Shown piece by piece: positions 8,645-17,345 of a stretch of DNA of 32,000 nucleotides (position 1 is the first letter of the stretch; every line of letters begins with the position of its first letter). The translations under genes were made by a program, and so were the position numbers. The stretch comes from Microcystis aeruginosa NIES-2549 (GTDB lineage Bacteria > Cyanobacteriota > Cyanobacteriia > Cyanobacteriales > Microcystaceae), in the NCBI RefSeq assembly GCF_000981785.2, contig NZ_CP011304.1, positions 1,920,001 to 1,952,000 of the forward strand, given 5' to 3'. The notes under the pieces were generated by a model. That model worked only from the letters and a program-made list of their open reading frames with translations. It made no database searches and was not told the DNA's origin.

Positions 8645-9865
8645 TTAAGGTTCTACCCAACGGCCATCGGCTTTAATTAAATTAATCAACTCGCTGACAC
8701 CTTCACTCTCGGGGACGCGTTTAATTTCCTCGCGACCGCGATAAAGGGAGATATAACCGGCCTGTTTCCCCACATAACCATAGTCTGCGTCGGCCATTTC
8801 TCCCGGTCCATTGACAATACAACCCATAACGGCGATATCGAGTCCGGTGAGGTGTTGAGTCGCTGCGCGCACTTGCTGCAGGACATCTTCTAAATTAAAA
8901 AGAGTGCGACCACAGGAAGGACAGGCAACGTATTCGACCATGGTTTTCCGCAGTCCCAGGGCCTGGAGAATGCTGTAACAGACGGGAATTTCCTTTTCGG
9001 GAGCTTCCGTCAGAGAGACGCGAATCGTATCACCGATACCGTCCGCTAAGAGAGTGGCAATCCCGGCAGTGGATTTAATTCGTCCGTATTCCCCATCTCC
9101 TGCCTCAGTAACCCCCAAATGTAGGGGATAATCCATACCTAACTCGTCCATGCGCTTAACCATGAGACGATAGGCGGCCACCATCACCGGCACGCGGGAA
9201 GCTTTCAGGGAAACCACCAGATTGCGAAAATCGAGGGATTCGCAGATGCGGATGAATTCTAAAGCCGACTGTACCATTCCTTCGGGGGTGTCGCCGTAGG
9301 TAAAGAGCATTCTTTCGGCCAGAGAACCGTGATTAACGCCGATTCGCATCGCTTTACCTTGATCTCGCAGAGAAATCACTAAAGGTTTCAGGGTTTCGGC
9401 AATTTTTTCGCCAATTTCATCAAATTCTGCTTGACTGTACTCGCTGCGGTCGGCTTTCGGTTTCTCGAAAACGTACAAACCGGGGTTAATCCGCACTTTA
9501 TCGACGTGCTTGGCCACTTCTAGGGCGATTTTCATGCCGTTGTGATGTACATCGGCTACTAACGGCACGGGTTGATAGGTGGCGAGCAGTTTTTCCCTAA
9601 TTTTAGCTAAAGCGGTGGCGTGGGACAGACTCGGCACGGTGACGCGGACAATTTCACAGCCGATTTCATGGAGGCGACGGATACCGGCCACGGAACCATC
9701 TATATCAAGGGTATCCTCGTTAATCATCGACTGCACGACCACGGGATGACCACCACCGATGGTAACGCTACCTACCCGGACGGGACGGGTTTTGCGTCGG
9801 TGAATCGTGGTGTCGAATTCGGAGGCAGTTGCAGGGGGGTTGAGCGTCGATTCCAAGGTTTGCAT
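8645..9865 (-). CDS. ispG: 4-hydroxy-3-methylbut-2-enyl diphosphate synthase (MEP pathway)
   Basis: ..[25 protein letters not shown].., ..VRINPGL.. and the cluster ligands ..[10 protein letters not shown].. are typical GcpE/IspG. The longest ORF begins at GTG 9886. ATG 9865 (MQTLES..) is preferred, but 9886 cannot be excluded. Confidence 0.93.
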   Translation of the reverse strand: MQTLESTLNPPATASEFDTTIHRRKTRPVRVGSVTIGGGHPVVVQSMINEDTLDIDGSVAGIRRLHEIGCEIVRVTVPSLSHATALAKIREKLLATYQPVPLVADVHHNGMKIALEVAKHVDKVRINPGLYVFEKPKADRSEYSQAEFDEIGEKIAETLKPLVISLRDQGKAMRIGVNHGSLAERMLFTYGDTPEGMVQSALEFIRICESLDFRNLVVSLKASRVPVMVAAYRLMVKRMDELGMDYPLHLGVTEAGDGEYGRIKSTAGIATLLADGIGDTIRVSLTEAPEKEIPVCYSILQALGLRKTMVEYVACPSCGRTLFNLEDVLQQVRAATQHLTGLDIAVMGCIVNGPGEMADADYGYVGKQAGYISLYRGREEIKRVPESEGVSELINLIKADGRWVEP

Positions 9866-9899
9866 AGGACTATGACCAACAATCACTCTCCCTATTCTC

Positions 9900-10814
9900 T
9901 CAAAGAACAGGAACAGATTCTAGCCACTCTAATAAAATTGGGTTAAAACGGTCAGGACATTCATCCTGTAAACAATGACCGGCCCGGTCAAATTCTACAT
10001 ATTTAATCCTAGGATTAAGGGAGACAAAACCCTGCGCTAACTGGACGGGAACCATGCGATCTTGCTTGCCCCAACATAATAAAATCGGGATTTCTAAGCG
10101 TGGTAAAGTTAACTTTGCTGGTGGACAATATTCGGGATGATTGACAGCTTGTGCTAGGGAAATAAAGGCCTCGGCTGCCCCCTCATCTAGGGTTGGGGCG
10201 GCGATAATTTGTACTAATTCGTCGCTGACTGCTTTCTTGTCTTCGTAGGCGATTCCTGTCCATTTTTTCAAGACTTGCGGACGACGCAGATAGTAAAATA
10301 TCGGTTTTAATAGCCAAGGAGAAGTGAAAAAGTTTTCGATGGGAGTGACGATATTTAATAACCAATCGGCGATCATTTCCCGCCGACGGCTGACATCGGG
10401 TAAACTGAGCATAACTAATCCGGCTACCATTTCCGGGTATTTACCCCCTAGGGCCATACTAACTAAAGAACCGATCGAATTTCCCACTAATACCACCGGT
10501 CTATTGATAAAAGTTTGCCAGAAATCGTGTATTTGTTCCACCCAGAGATTAACGGTATAGGGAACCTGCACTTTGCGCGAACCACCAAAACCTAATAAAT
10601 CTACCGCGTAAACTCGATGATTTTGGCTGAGAATAGGAATATTATGGCGCCAATGTTCGATCGCCGCTCCAAATCCATGCAGTAAAATTAAAGGGGGATT
10701 ATCGGCATCTTGGGGGTTTTTTGCCGGCATAAAACTATAACGAATTTGCCAACCGCGCCACACCCAATCCCGTTGATAACCGATGCGTTCTGTCCAAGCT
10801 GGTGAAGTTGTCAC
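9900..10814 (-). CDS. Alpha/beta-fold hydrolase
   Basis: 304 aa with oxyanion-hole HG (LLHGFGA), nucleophile elbow GNSIGS, and C-terminal ..[10 protein letters not shown].. providing His. GTG start. The ispG start (9865/9886) lies only 13-34 nt beyond its stop, so the two are probably co-transcribed. Confidence 0.85.
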   Translation of the reverse strand: MTTSPAWTERIGYQRDWVWRGWQIRYSFMPAKNPQDADNPPLILLHGFGAAIEHWRHNIPILSQNHRVYAVDLLGFGGSRKVQVPYTVNLWVEQIHDFWQTFINRPVVLVGNSIGSLVSMALGGKYPEMVAGLVMLSLPDVSRRREMIADWLLNIVTPIENFFTSPWLLKPIFYYLRRPQVLKKWTGIAYEDKKAVSDELVQIIAAPTLDEGAAEAFISLAQAVNHPEYCPPAKLTLPRLEIPILLCWGKQDRMVPVQLAQGFVSLNPRIKYVEFDRAGHCLQDECPDRFNPILLEWLESVPVL

Positions 10815-10853
10815 TTAAGTCAAACAATTAAGAGGTTTTCAGGAAATATCACT

Positions 10854-10996
10854 CTAAGTAGGTAGGAGTTAAAAATTATCAGATGCCCCCCTTATTAAGG
10901 GGGGACTAAGGGGGGATCGGCACCCCCCTTATCAAGGGGGGAAGGGGGGATCGAACCTAAAATCCATTTTTAATTTAATTATAACCAGCTACTTAG
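10854..10996 (-). mobile_element. MITE-like element, full copy (inverted relative to the 19861 copy)
   Basis: 143 bp bounded by the inverted termini ctaagtag...ctacttag. Its reverse complement aligns along its whole length with 19861-20014. Internally it has tandem ~11-nt tccccccttaa-type units forming C6-8/G6-8 hairpins. Confidence 0.7.
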
Positions 10997-11158
10997 TTTT
11001 ATTATACGGGTTTCCCCGTCCCTAACCCGCGGCTGAATAACATCTTTGTACTACTTTTCCTAAATATATTTAAATCTAGGGTTGATCTAGCCTATGCTAA
11101 AAAGAGGGGGATTAAAATCGCTCCTAAACTTTAATGGCAAATTTAGGATACTGCACAG

Positions 11159-11728
11159 ATGGGCAATCTATTTGATGATGTCAGTCGCTTTCTTGAAACC
11201 CAACTGGAAGAATTTCTCAGAAGTCATCCCCAATTAGAATTACAGGCGCTGGTAGAGCAACTGCGCGAACAGGAGCGCGATACTGCTAAACTTATTACCG
11301 CCCTAGAAAATGAGCGTCAACGTCTCGAACAGCAAATTTTGGCCACTGCCCAAGATATCCAAACTTGGCACGCTAGAATTGATAAGGCTAAGGCCGCTGG
11401 ACGGCAGGACTTGCTTAAGGCTGCTAGTGAACGCGAGGCAGCCCTATTTCGTCAGGGTAATCAACTTTGGGGACGGATGGAAGGGGTGAAAAAACGTCTG
11501 ACTCAATCCCAAGAGTTACTGCAACAGATCCAACAACGTCGTCAAGAAGTGCAAATTAAAGCCGAAAAAGCCCCTAAAAATCAGTCGCGTGACTGGGAAA
11601 CCACTTTTTGGGATCAACCCCAAGAATCGGACTATCAGCGCTCGAACTACGATCATCTCGATCTAAAATTTAAAGAATGGGAAATGGAAGAAGAATTGAA
11701 AAAATTAAAGCGAGAAATGGGACGATAA
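11159..11728 (+). CDS. Coiled-coil hypothetical protein (Q/E/R-rich)
   Basis: 189-aa ORF with a strong heptad-like, charged composition (..LREQERDTAKLITALENERQRLEQQILA..). No enzymatic motif. Function unknown. Confidence 0.6.
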   Translation: MGNLFDDVSRFLETQLEEFLRSHPQLELQALVEQLREQERDTAKLITALENERQRLEQQILATAQDIQTWHARIDKAKAAGRQDLLKAASEREAALFRQGNQLWGRMEGVKKRLTQSQELLQQIQQRRQEVQIKAEKAPKNQSRDWETTFWDQPQESDYQRSNYDHLDLKFKEWEMEEELKKLKREMGR

Positions 11729-11733
11729 TTTTT

Positions 11734-11796
11734 CAGTGAGCAGTAAACTGATAACTCACATCTGATAACTGATCACTGATAACTGATAACTGAAAT
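11734..11796 (+). repeat. Degenerate heptamer array (9 units, CTGATAA phase)
   Basis: cagtgag cagtaaa ctgataa ctcacat ctgataa ctgatca ctgataa ctgataa ctgaaat. It lies between the coiled-coil gene stop and the lysS start. Confidence 0.85.
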
Positions 11797-11841
11797 CCCC
11801 AACACCTAAAAATTCCCCAGAATTGTTCCTCTTAGAAAACG

Positions 11842-13563
11842 ATGGCATCTCAAGCACAAAATCCTGAAAATCAACCCTCCTCTACCCTCGAAGAAATCCG
11901 GGCTGCTCGTTTAGAAAAAGTGGCAGGATTGCAAAAAGCTGGCTTAAATCCCTACGCTTACCAGTGGAAATCTACCGCTCACGCTCAACAATTACAAGAG
12001 CAGTACGCTGACTTAGCACCGGGAGAAGAAATTAGCACAGAAGTAGCCATTGCTGGTCGGATTATTGCCCGAAGAATTATGGGTAAACTAGCCTTTTTTA
12101 ACCTGCAAGATGAAACGGGAACGATTCAATTATACCTCGATAAAAAACGCATTAGTGAAACCATGGCCGCCGTGCCGAATGCCTTTAACACGGTAATTAA
12201 ACTGACCGATACGGGCGATATTTTAGGAGCAAAAGGCACAATTAAACGCACAGAACGCGGCGAATTATCTATCTATGTAAACGAGTATGAAATTCTCACC
12301 AAATCCCTCTTACCTCTCCCGGATAAATGGCACGGTTTAACCGATGTAGAAAAACGTTATCGCCAAAGATATGTGGATTTAATTGTTAATCCGGAAGTGC
12401 GACAAACTTTTCGCCGTCGCGCCCAAATTACCGCTGCCATTCGCAGATATTTAGACCAAGAAGGTTTTATTGAAATTGAAACTCCGGTGCTACAAAGTGA
12501 AGCGGGAGGAGCCGATGCTAGACCGTTTATCACCTATCATAATACGCTGGAGATGGAGTTATATCTCCGCATTGCCACCGAATTACATCTAAAAAGATTG
12601 ATAGTGGGTGGTTTTGAAAAAGTCTTCGAGTTAGGCAGAATTTTTCGCAATGAAGGGGTTTCTACTAAACATAACCCTGAGTTTACTTCCATCGAAATCT
12701 ATCAGGCCTATGCCGATTATTATGACATGATGGAGTTAACTGAAAACATTATTGTTAATGCCGCACAGGATGTTTTAGGTACGCTGAAAATCACCTATCA
12801 AGACACGGAAATTGACCTAACTCCCCCTTGGCGACGAGTGACTATGCACGAATTAGTCCAAGAAATAACCGGGGTTGACCTTAATAGTTTTGAGGATTTC
12901 GAGTCGGCTCGTATTGCCGCAGAAAATGCCGGCATTGGCGTTCCAGAGGACTGTAAAACCATCGGTAAGCTCCTAAATGAAGCTTTTGAACAAAAAGTCG
13001 AAGAAACCCTAATACAGCCCACTTTTGTGCTAGATTTTCCCGTGGAAATTTCGCCTTTAGCTAAACCCCATCGCTCAAAAACTGACCTCGTGGAAAGATT
13101 TGAATTATATGTGGTTGGACGGGAATTAGCTAATAGTTTTTCTGAGTTAACCGATCCCATCGACCAACGGCAAAGATTGGAAGCACAGGCACTCAAAAAA
13201 GCGGCCGGAGATTTGGAGGCCCAAGGCGTTGATGAGGACTTTTTAACCGCTTTAGAATACGGAATGCCCCCCACGGGAGGCTTAGGAATTGGCATCGATC
13301 GCCTGATCATGTTATTAACCGATTCTGCCAGTATTCGCGATGTGATTGCTTTCCCCTTATTAAAAAGTCAAAGTACAGCGATTAAATCTTTTGACTACGA
13401 TGAGGAAAAAAAAATTCTGAAAGTGGAATTTAATCACGGTGGTATCTATCTTTATCATGATCTACCTTTGGCAGTATATAAAGACTTTCAGTCTGCACCA
13501 TCGAAAGGACAGTTTTTTGTCGGACAAATTCGCGATAAATACAGTTTTGATAAGGAATTGTAA
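11842..13563 (+). CDS. lysS: Lysine--tRNA ligase (class II) with C-terminal KTSC-type extension
   Basis: 573 aa with an OB-fold N-domain, class II motifs (..[15 protein letters not shown].., ..[14 protein letters not shown]..) and an extra tail of about 65 aa (..[36 protein letters not shown]..). Confidence 0.95.
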   Translation: MASQAQNPENQPSSTLEEIRAARLEKVAGLQKAGLNPYAYQWKSTAHAQQLQEQYADLAPGEEISTEVAIAGRIIARRIMGKLAFFNLQDETGTIQLYLDKKRISETMAAVPNAFNTVIKLTDTGDILGAKGTIKRTERGELSIYVNEYEILTKSLLPLPDKWHGLTDVEKRYRQRYVDLIVNPEVRQTFRRRAQITAAIRRYLDQEGFIEIETPVLQSEAGGADARPFITYHNTLEMELYLRIATELHLKRLIVGGFEKVFELGRIFRNEGVSTKHNPEFTSIEIYQAYADYYDMMELTENIIVNAAQDVLGTLKITYQDTEIDLTPPWRRVTMHELVQEITGVDLNSFEDFESARIAAENAGIGVPEDCKTIGKLLNEAFEQKVEETLIQPTFVLDFPVEISPLAKPHRSKTDLVERFELYVVGRELANSFSELTDPIDQRQRLEAQALKKAAGDLEAQGVDEDFLTALEYGMPPTGGLGIGIDRLIMLLTDSASIRDVIAFPLLKSQSTAIKSFDYDEEKKILKVEFNHGGIYLYHDLPLAVYKDFQSAPSKGQFFVGQIRDKYSFDKEL

Positions 13564-13577
13564 AAGTTAGGGTCACT

Positions 13578-13608
13578 TCAGTTATCAGTTATCAGTTATC
13601 AGTTATCA
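13578..13608 (-). repeat. Heptamer array TCAGTTA x4 (+partial), the reverse orientation of AACTGAT
   Basis: It fills most of the 46-nt gap between the lysS stop (13563) and the stop of the convergent Ycf55-like gene (13610-13612), which lies in a fifth degenerate unit. Confidence 0.93.
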
Positions 13609-13609
13609 T

Positions 13610-15256
13610 TCATGATCCCTTTTTACCTTTGACTTCCTGCCAAGTGTTACCGACTCCCTGTAAAACCCCGCGAACTACTAAACCAATACCGCGACCGATA
13701 ACTTGGATCAGGATATAGACTACTCCCTTACCCACCACCCGAAAAAAAGCGCGTAAACGGGGAGATAAAGAGTCTCTTAATTCTAAGGCGATCGAAACTA
13801 ACCAGGGTATGCCTGTTAAACTGTTTAATTCTTCCTGTCGGGGGGAATAAATGGCTAAAGATTTGATTTGTCCCTCGCTATAGTGAAATAATTGATATTG
13901 ACTTTCAAAGATATCTTTGGGTTCTTGCCAGTATTGTTGCCGTCGGTATTTCCAAGATAATTCATTGCGGATTTTAGCTAATTTTCTAGCGATGAGAAAT
14001 TCTGACCGGTAAAGTTTTTGTTTGATTCTTTCCGATTCCGAGAAGTTATTGAGAATAATTACCGTCACTGCATTGGCAAGATTATGAATGAGATTTTGCA
14101 GGAGAATTTCGGCTCTGGCGATGGTTTCAGGAGCATTAGCCCGGTATTCTACTCCGTCAATATTTAAACTATTTTCGTACACTAAATAGGAAAATAAGTC
14201 AAGAGTAAAAGGAATTTTATTGAGGATTTCTGTTTGAATTGCCTCTCTTTCTTCTAGAATAATTTCGTTAAGTCTGCTTTTACTAATTTCGTCAGAAACC
14301 GAGGCATTAATTTCTAAAAATTTACGCGTAACTTTCTCCCAAATATCGTAAATAATCAGATTTAGGCGACTGTTTAATTCCCCACTGCTAACCTGTAAAT
14401 ATCTCATTTCATCGACATTTTTACGAATTTCATCGAGAACTAAATACAATAATTCCCGTTGCCGATTATCCTGTAAAACATCAATTTCAAAACTAATCTT
14501 TGTTCTATTAATTAAAGGCGATCGAATGACTGCTAAAGTGGACTCAAAAACTGCCGAAACACACAGGGGACGCTCGCGGCTTAAAATTGGTAATTCCCGA
14601 TCGATATTGTTAATTATTACCGGAGGTGTCACTGAAGCTGAATTGTAATAGCTACCTTCCAGGGGAATTAGTTTTCTCACTAGCCATAGGGCGGCTAAAA
14701 GTTCTCGTTTTCTCCCCTGCCAATAAAAGCGATCAAAGCTGGATAAAGACTGTTGATTGAGATGGAGATCAATTAAATGTAATTCACTTTCGATGCGATT
14801 TAATCCCGTTCTTCCGGCAGCGATTAACCAATGACTAGGGGCTAAACTTGGACGGGTAGCAATGGTGAGAGCAGAAGGGGCAACATCTGGGGATTCATCC
14901 CGGGAAATTTGTCCTAAAATACTGATAAATTGCTCTAGGTTTGTGCCTTTGGGAATATAACCGGCGATGCCTAATTCTCTGGCGATTAGTTGCTGTCTGG
15001 AATCGAGAGGAAAGGTTAATAGAACAATTTTACTTTCGGGGTAGCGAGAGTGGAGAATTTCACAGTAAGACCAATCAAAAAGAGGATCGATAATAATAAT
15101 TTCGGGGGAGGGATTCAGAGTCAAAGCGAAAATTGTTTCTAAATCCCCTTCGGTGACGATACTAATATTTTCTATCCGCGACAAGGCCTGCACCAGACCC
15201 AAGCGGAAAATCGGGTCATTATCGATGATAATTAAGGTGAGAGGGCGATCGATCAC
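13610..15256 (-). CDS. Response-regulator receiver fused to a DUF3685-type domain (Ycf55-like)
   Basis: 548 aa. The N-terminal receiver (LTLIIIDNDPIFRLGL.., acceptor Asp in EIIIIDPLF) is followed by a long helical region and a hydrophobic C-terminus. This architecture matches cyanobacterial Ycf55-like proteins (from memory). GTG start. Confidence 0.75.
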   Translation of the reverse strand: MIDRPLTLIIIDNDPIFRLGLVQALSRIENISIVTEGDLETIFALTLNPSPEIIIIDPLFDWSYCEILHSRYPESKIVLLTFPLDSRQQLIARELGIAGYIPKGTNLEQFISILGQISRDESPDVAPSALTIATRPSLAPSHWLIAAGRTGLNRIESELHLIDLHLNQQSLSSFDRFYWQGRKRELLAALWLVRKLIPLEGSYYNSASVTPPVIINNIDRELPILSRERPLCVSAVFESTLAVIRSPLINRTKISFEIDVLQDNRQRELLYLVLDEIRKNVDEMRYLQVSSGELNSRLNLIIYDIWEKVTRKFLEINASVSDEISKSRLNEIILEEREAIQTEILNKIPFTLDLFSYLVYENSLNIDGVEYRANAPETIARAEILLQNLIHNLANAVTVIILNNFSESERIKQKLYRSEFLIARKLAKIRNELSWKYRRQQYWQEPKDIFESQYQLFHYSEGQIKSLAIYSPRQEELNSLTGIPWLVSIALELRDSLSPRLRAFFRVVGKGVVYILIQVIGRGIGLVVRGVLQGVGNTWQEVKGKKGS

Positions 15257-15314
15257 AAGAGTTGCAGCCTGTCAACGGATACTATTCACAGGGCCAATTA
15301 TACAGTTATCTGGC

Positions 15315-15755
15315 TCATTTATTTTGTTTATAGCCATAGAAATCGATGCGATAATCGGTAATTTTTACCCCCGTCGATGCCTCGACCTGTTTAATTAATT
15401 CCGGGGGAAGTTGGATATGCACATCGATGATTTCTTGACTGTCCAGACAATTGACGTGACTGTGGGAGTCGCTGATGTTACCGTAGAGTCTGCCGTCCCA
15501 GCGTTCCACAGATTCGATAATGCCTTGACCCGATAGAGCCTCTAGGTTTTGGTACACTGAGGTATGACCGATGTTTTTTCCTTGCAGATTAAGACGATCA
15601 TAAATTTCTCGCGCTGATAGGTGTTCCTGCGCTTGCCACAGCAATTCTAAAATATAGCGACGCTGACGACTAACCCGCATTCCTAAAGTTTGACACCTTT
15701 CGATCGCATCTTCTAAACACCGGATCGGTTTTTGTTTTACCTCCAAATTGTCCAT
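15315..15755 (-). CDS. Fur-family transcriptional regulator (PerR/FurC-like paralogue; metal specificity unassigned)
   Basis: 146 aa with a winged-helix region (..RVSRQRRYILELLWQAQEHLSAREIYDRL..GHTSVYQNLEAL..) and His-rich ..SDSHSHVNC.. . Both CxxC pairs of canonical Fur are absent. Confidence 0.85.
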   Translation of the reverse strand: MDNLEVKQKPIRCLEDAIERCQTLGMRVSRQRRYILELLWQAQEHLSAREIYDRLNLQGKNIGHTSVYQNLEALSGQGIIESVERWDGRLYGNISDSHSHVNCLDSQEIIDVHIQLPPELIKQVEASTGVKITDYRIDFYGYKQNK

Positions 15756-15900
15756 AGTTGTATCCGTTGACCTCCGCCCTAATACATAGTCATTACCAGT
15801 TTAGCTTAGTCTTTCGATCGATGTCCACATTGCGCCAGTTTTTAGCCCCTCTTCAAACTGAGATAAAAAATCAGCAGCGCCAGATTCGAGTAGATTTGCG

Positions 15901-16000
15901 GGCGAATGAGTGAAACCAACCACTCCAGACACAAAGGAGACAAAGATCGATCGCTACTATATAAGTTACACCGATCACACAAAGAATAAGAGAACCAACC
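15901..16000 (+). repeat. CA-rich intergenic module, copy B
   Basis: See copy A. It lies in the divergent region between the fur-family gene and the PEP-CTERM gene. Confidence 0.75.
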
Positions 16001-16140
16001 ATTTACTTATCTATATAGATAGGATTGAATATTTTCATAAAAAATCCTCTTGAAAAATATTTTGATCAACCTTAACTTTAAGGGGTACATTAATTTATTT
16101 TTAGGGCCATGGCCACCAAATCGCCAAAATTATTCGAGTC

Positions 16141-16161
16141 ATTGCGGTCATAGACCGCAAT
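16141..16161. repeat. Perfect 21-bp palindrome attgcggtc-ata-gaccgcaat spanning an in-frame TAG and the annotated ATG
   Basis: The arms 16141-16149 and 16153-16161 are exact reverse complements. TAG is at 16151-16153 and ATG at 16160-16162. Confidence 0.9.
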
Positions 16162-16729
16162 GACTGTCACTACTGTTGGCCTCACCCTAGCCGCTGCTTC
16201 TGGTGCTAGTGCCGCAACAGTGTCCGGTTTCCAAACTCCCTACGCTCCCATTAACTGGACATTTACCAATAGTAATGCCGACGGGTCGGTTAATACCGGC
16301 GGCGCTCCCGCGTCCATTAGCCTGACTGGGGGGGACAATGGTTCTATGATTTCTGGAACCACAAACTACACCACCACTGCGGCTGCGGCTGGGACGGTGA
16401 CGTTTAATTGGAACTATTCGACTAATGATAGTGATGGGCCTTTTTCCGATCCCTTCGGATATCTGCTCAACGGCAGCTTCACCCAAGTAACTAATGATGG
16501 GGGAGGTGTTGTCCAAAACGGGACATCGACGTTTAACGTCCTAGCTGGCGACAGCTTTGGTTTCCGTATTTTCACTAGAGACAACACCCTCGGACGGGCT
16601 AGTGTGACGATTTCTAACTTTTCTGCCCCTGCCCCTGTTCCTGTCTCTGTTCCCGAACCGTCAACTGTGCTGAGTTTGCTGGTACTAGGAGGCTTAGGCG
16701 CTGGACTGAAGTACCTTAAGCGGAATTGA
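16160..16729 (+). CDS. PEP-CTERM sorting-signal protein (secreted/cell-surface, Thr/Gly/Asn-rich)
   Basis: The C-terminus ..VPEPSTVLSLLVLGGLGAGLKYLKRN is a textbook PEP-CTERM anchor: VPEP, then a TM helix, then a basic tail. The N-terminal boundary is ambiguous because an in-frame ATG at 16109 is separated from it only by TAG 16151-16153. Confidence 0.85.
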   Translation: MTVTTVGLTLAAASGASAATVSGFQTPYAPINWTFTNSNADGSVNTGGAPASISLTGGDNGSMISGTTNYTTTAAAAGTVTFNWNYSTNDSDGPFSDPFGYLLNGSFTQVTNDGGGVVQNGTSTFNVLAGDSFGFRIFTRDNTLGRASVTISNFSAPAPVPVSVPEPSTVLSLLVLGGLGAGLKYLKRN

Positions 16730-16743
16730 TATTCCAAAAAACA

Positions 16744-16777
16744 GGGGACTAGGAGTTGACCTCTCCTCCTAGTTCCC
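16744..16777 (+). terminator. Possible terminator hairpin after the PEP-CTERM gene
   Basis: ggggactaggag pairs with ctcctagttccc (12 bp, one G-U pair) around a 10-nt loop, 15 nt after the stop. No U-run follows, so this is weak as an intrinsic terminator. Confidence 0.3.
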
Positions 16778-17345
16778 AACTTGATTAGCTGTTGACTGTC
16801 TGCGAGTGCCAGAGTTTGGAGCGGGGAGAGTTGCACAATTCTGGCTTTAAGTCAATAGCCTTTACAAAACTTCAAAAATTGCAACATAAAAAAATTTCAT
16901 CACTGGCGGCTTTTTTTGGGCAAGAGAATCGATATAGTCCCCTGATTGTCTTGGTTTTCCGTTGATTTAAAGTTTAATGCTTAAACTAAGCCCACAGCAT
17001 ACCACGATCATACCATATTAATAAATGTAGGCAACCCCGATTTACAGCCAAATTTTGGCAAATTCTGGGAAAATCAAAATCTTGTAACTTGCTTGTTACA
17101 CTTGACTAATCGCGCCAAATATTTAAATATTTTAATTATTTACCTTAAATTTATAATTTTTACTTATTCTTGAAGGCTGATTAACTAGGGTTGGGCAAAA
17201 AAGCTTGTAAGCTCTATTTAAAGTCAGTCGAATCGCTTAGTATCGGGAGACAGATGTGACTTGTATAGCTTCCCAGTTTTTGAGATTTGAAGACTTTTTA
17301 GAAGCATTTTGAAAGTGTCTTAGCTGATGGATTAAATATGAATTA

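Noticed and set aside
10884-10950. Could the short C-run/G-run repeats inside the MITE copies be a CRISPR array?
   Set aside because: The units are ~11 nt with no unique spacers, no cas genes are present, and the whole block is bounded by inverted termini and repeated as a unit elsewhere. This is not CRISPR.
11729-11841. T-box or other riboswitch in the lysS and cysS leaders
   Set aside because: No specifier hairpin, no T-box consensus and no terminator/antiterminator alternative is visible. The leaders are dominated by heptamer repeats.
12798-13310. 170-aa ORF antisense to lysS, plus the other embedded/antisense ORFs (5182-5394, 8686-8886, 9620-9946, 10183-10365, 10324-10560, 15153-15398, 20652-20882, 23120-23398, 23892-24101, 24770-25273, 26440-26625, 30454-30675)
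   Set aside because: All lie wholly inside well-supported conserved genes. They have Ser/Arg/Pro-rich antisense-type composition and no recognisable motifs. They are shadow ORFs.
16187-16836. Two minus-strand ORFs (109 and 140 aa) opposite the PEP-CTERM gene
   Set aside because: The plus-strand gene has an unmistakable PEP-CTERM anchor. The antisense ORFs are Gly/Ser/Pro/Arg-rich products of the locally GC-richer Thr/Gly/Ala codons.
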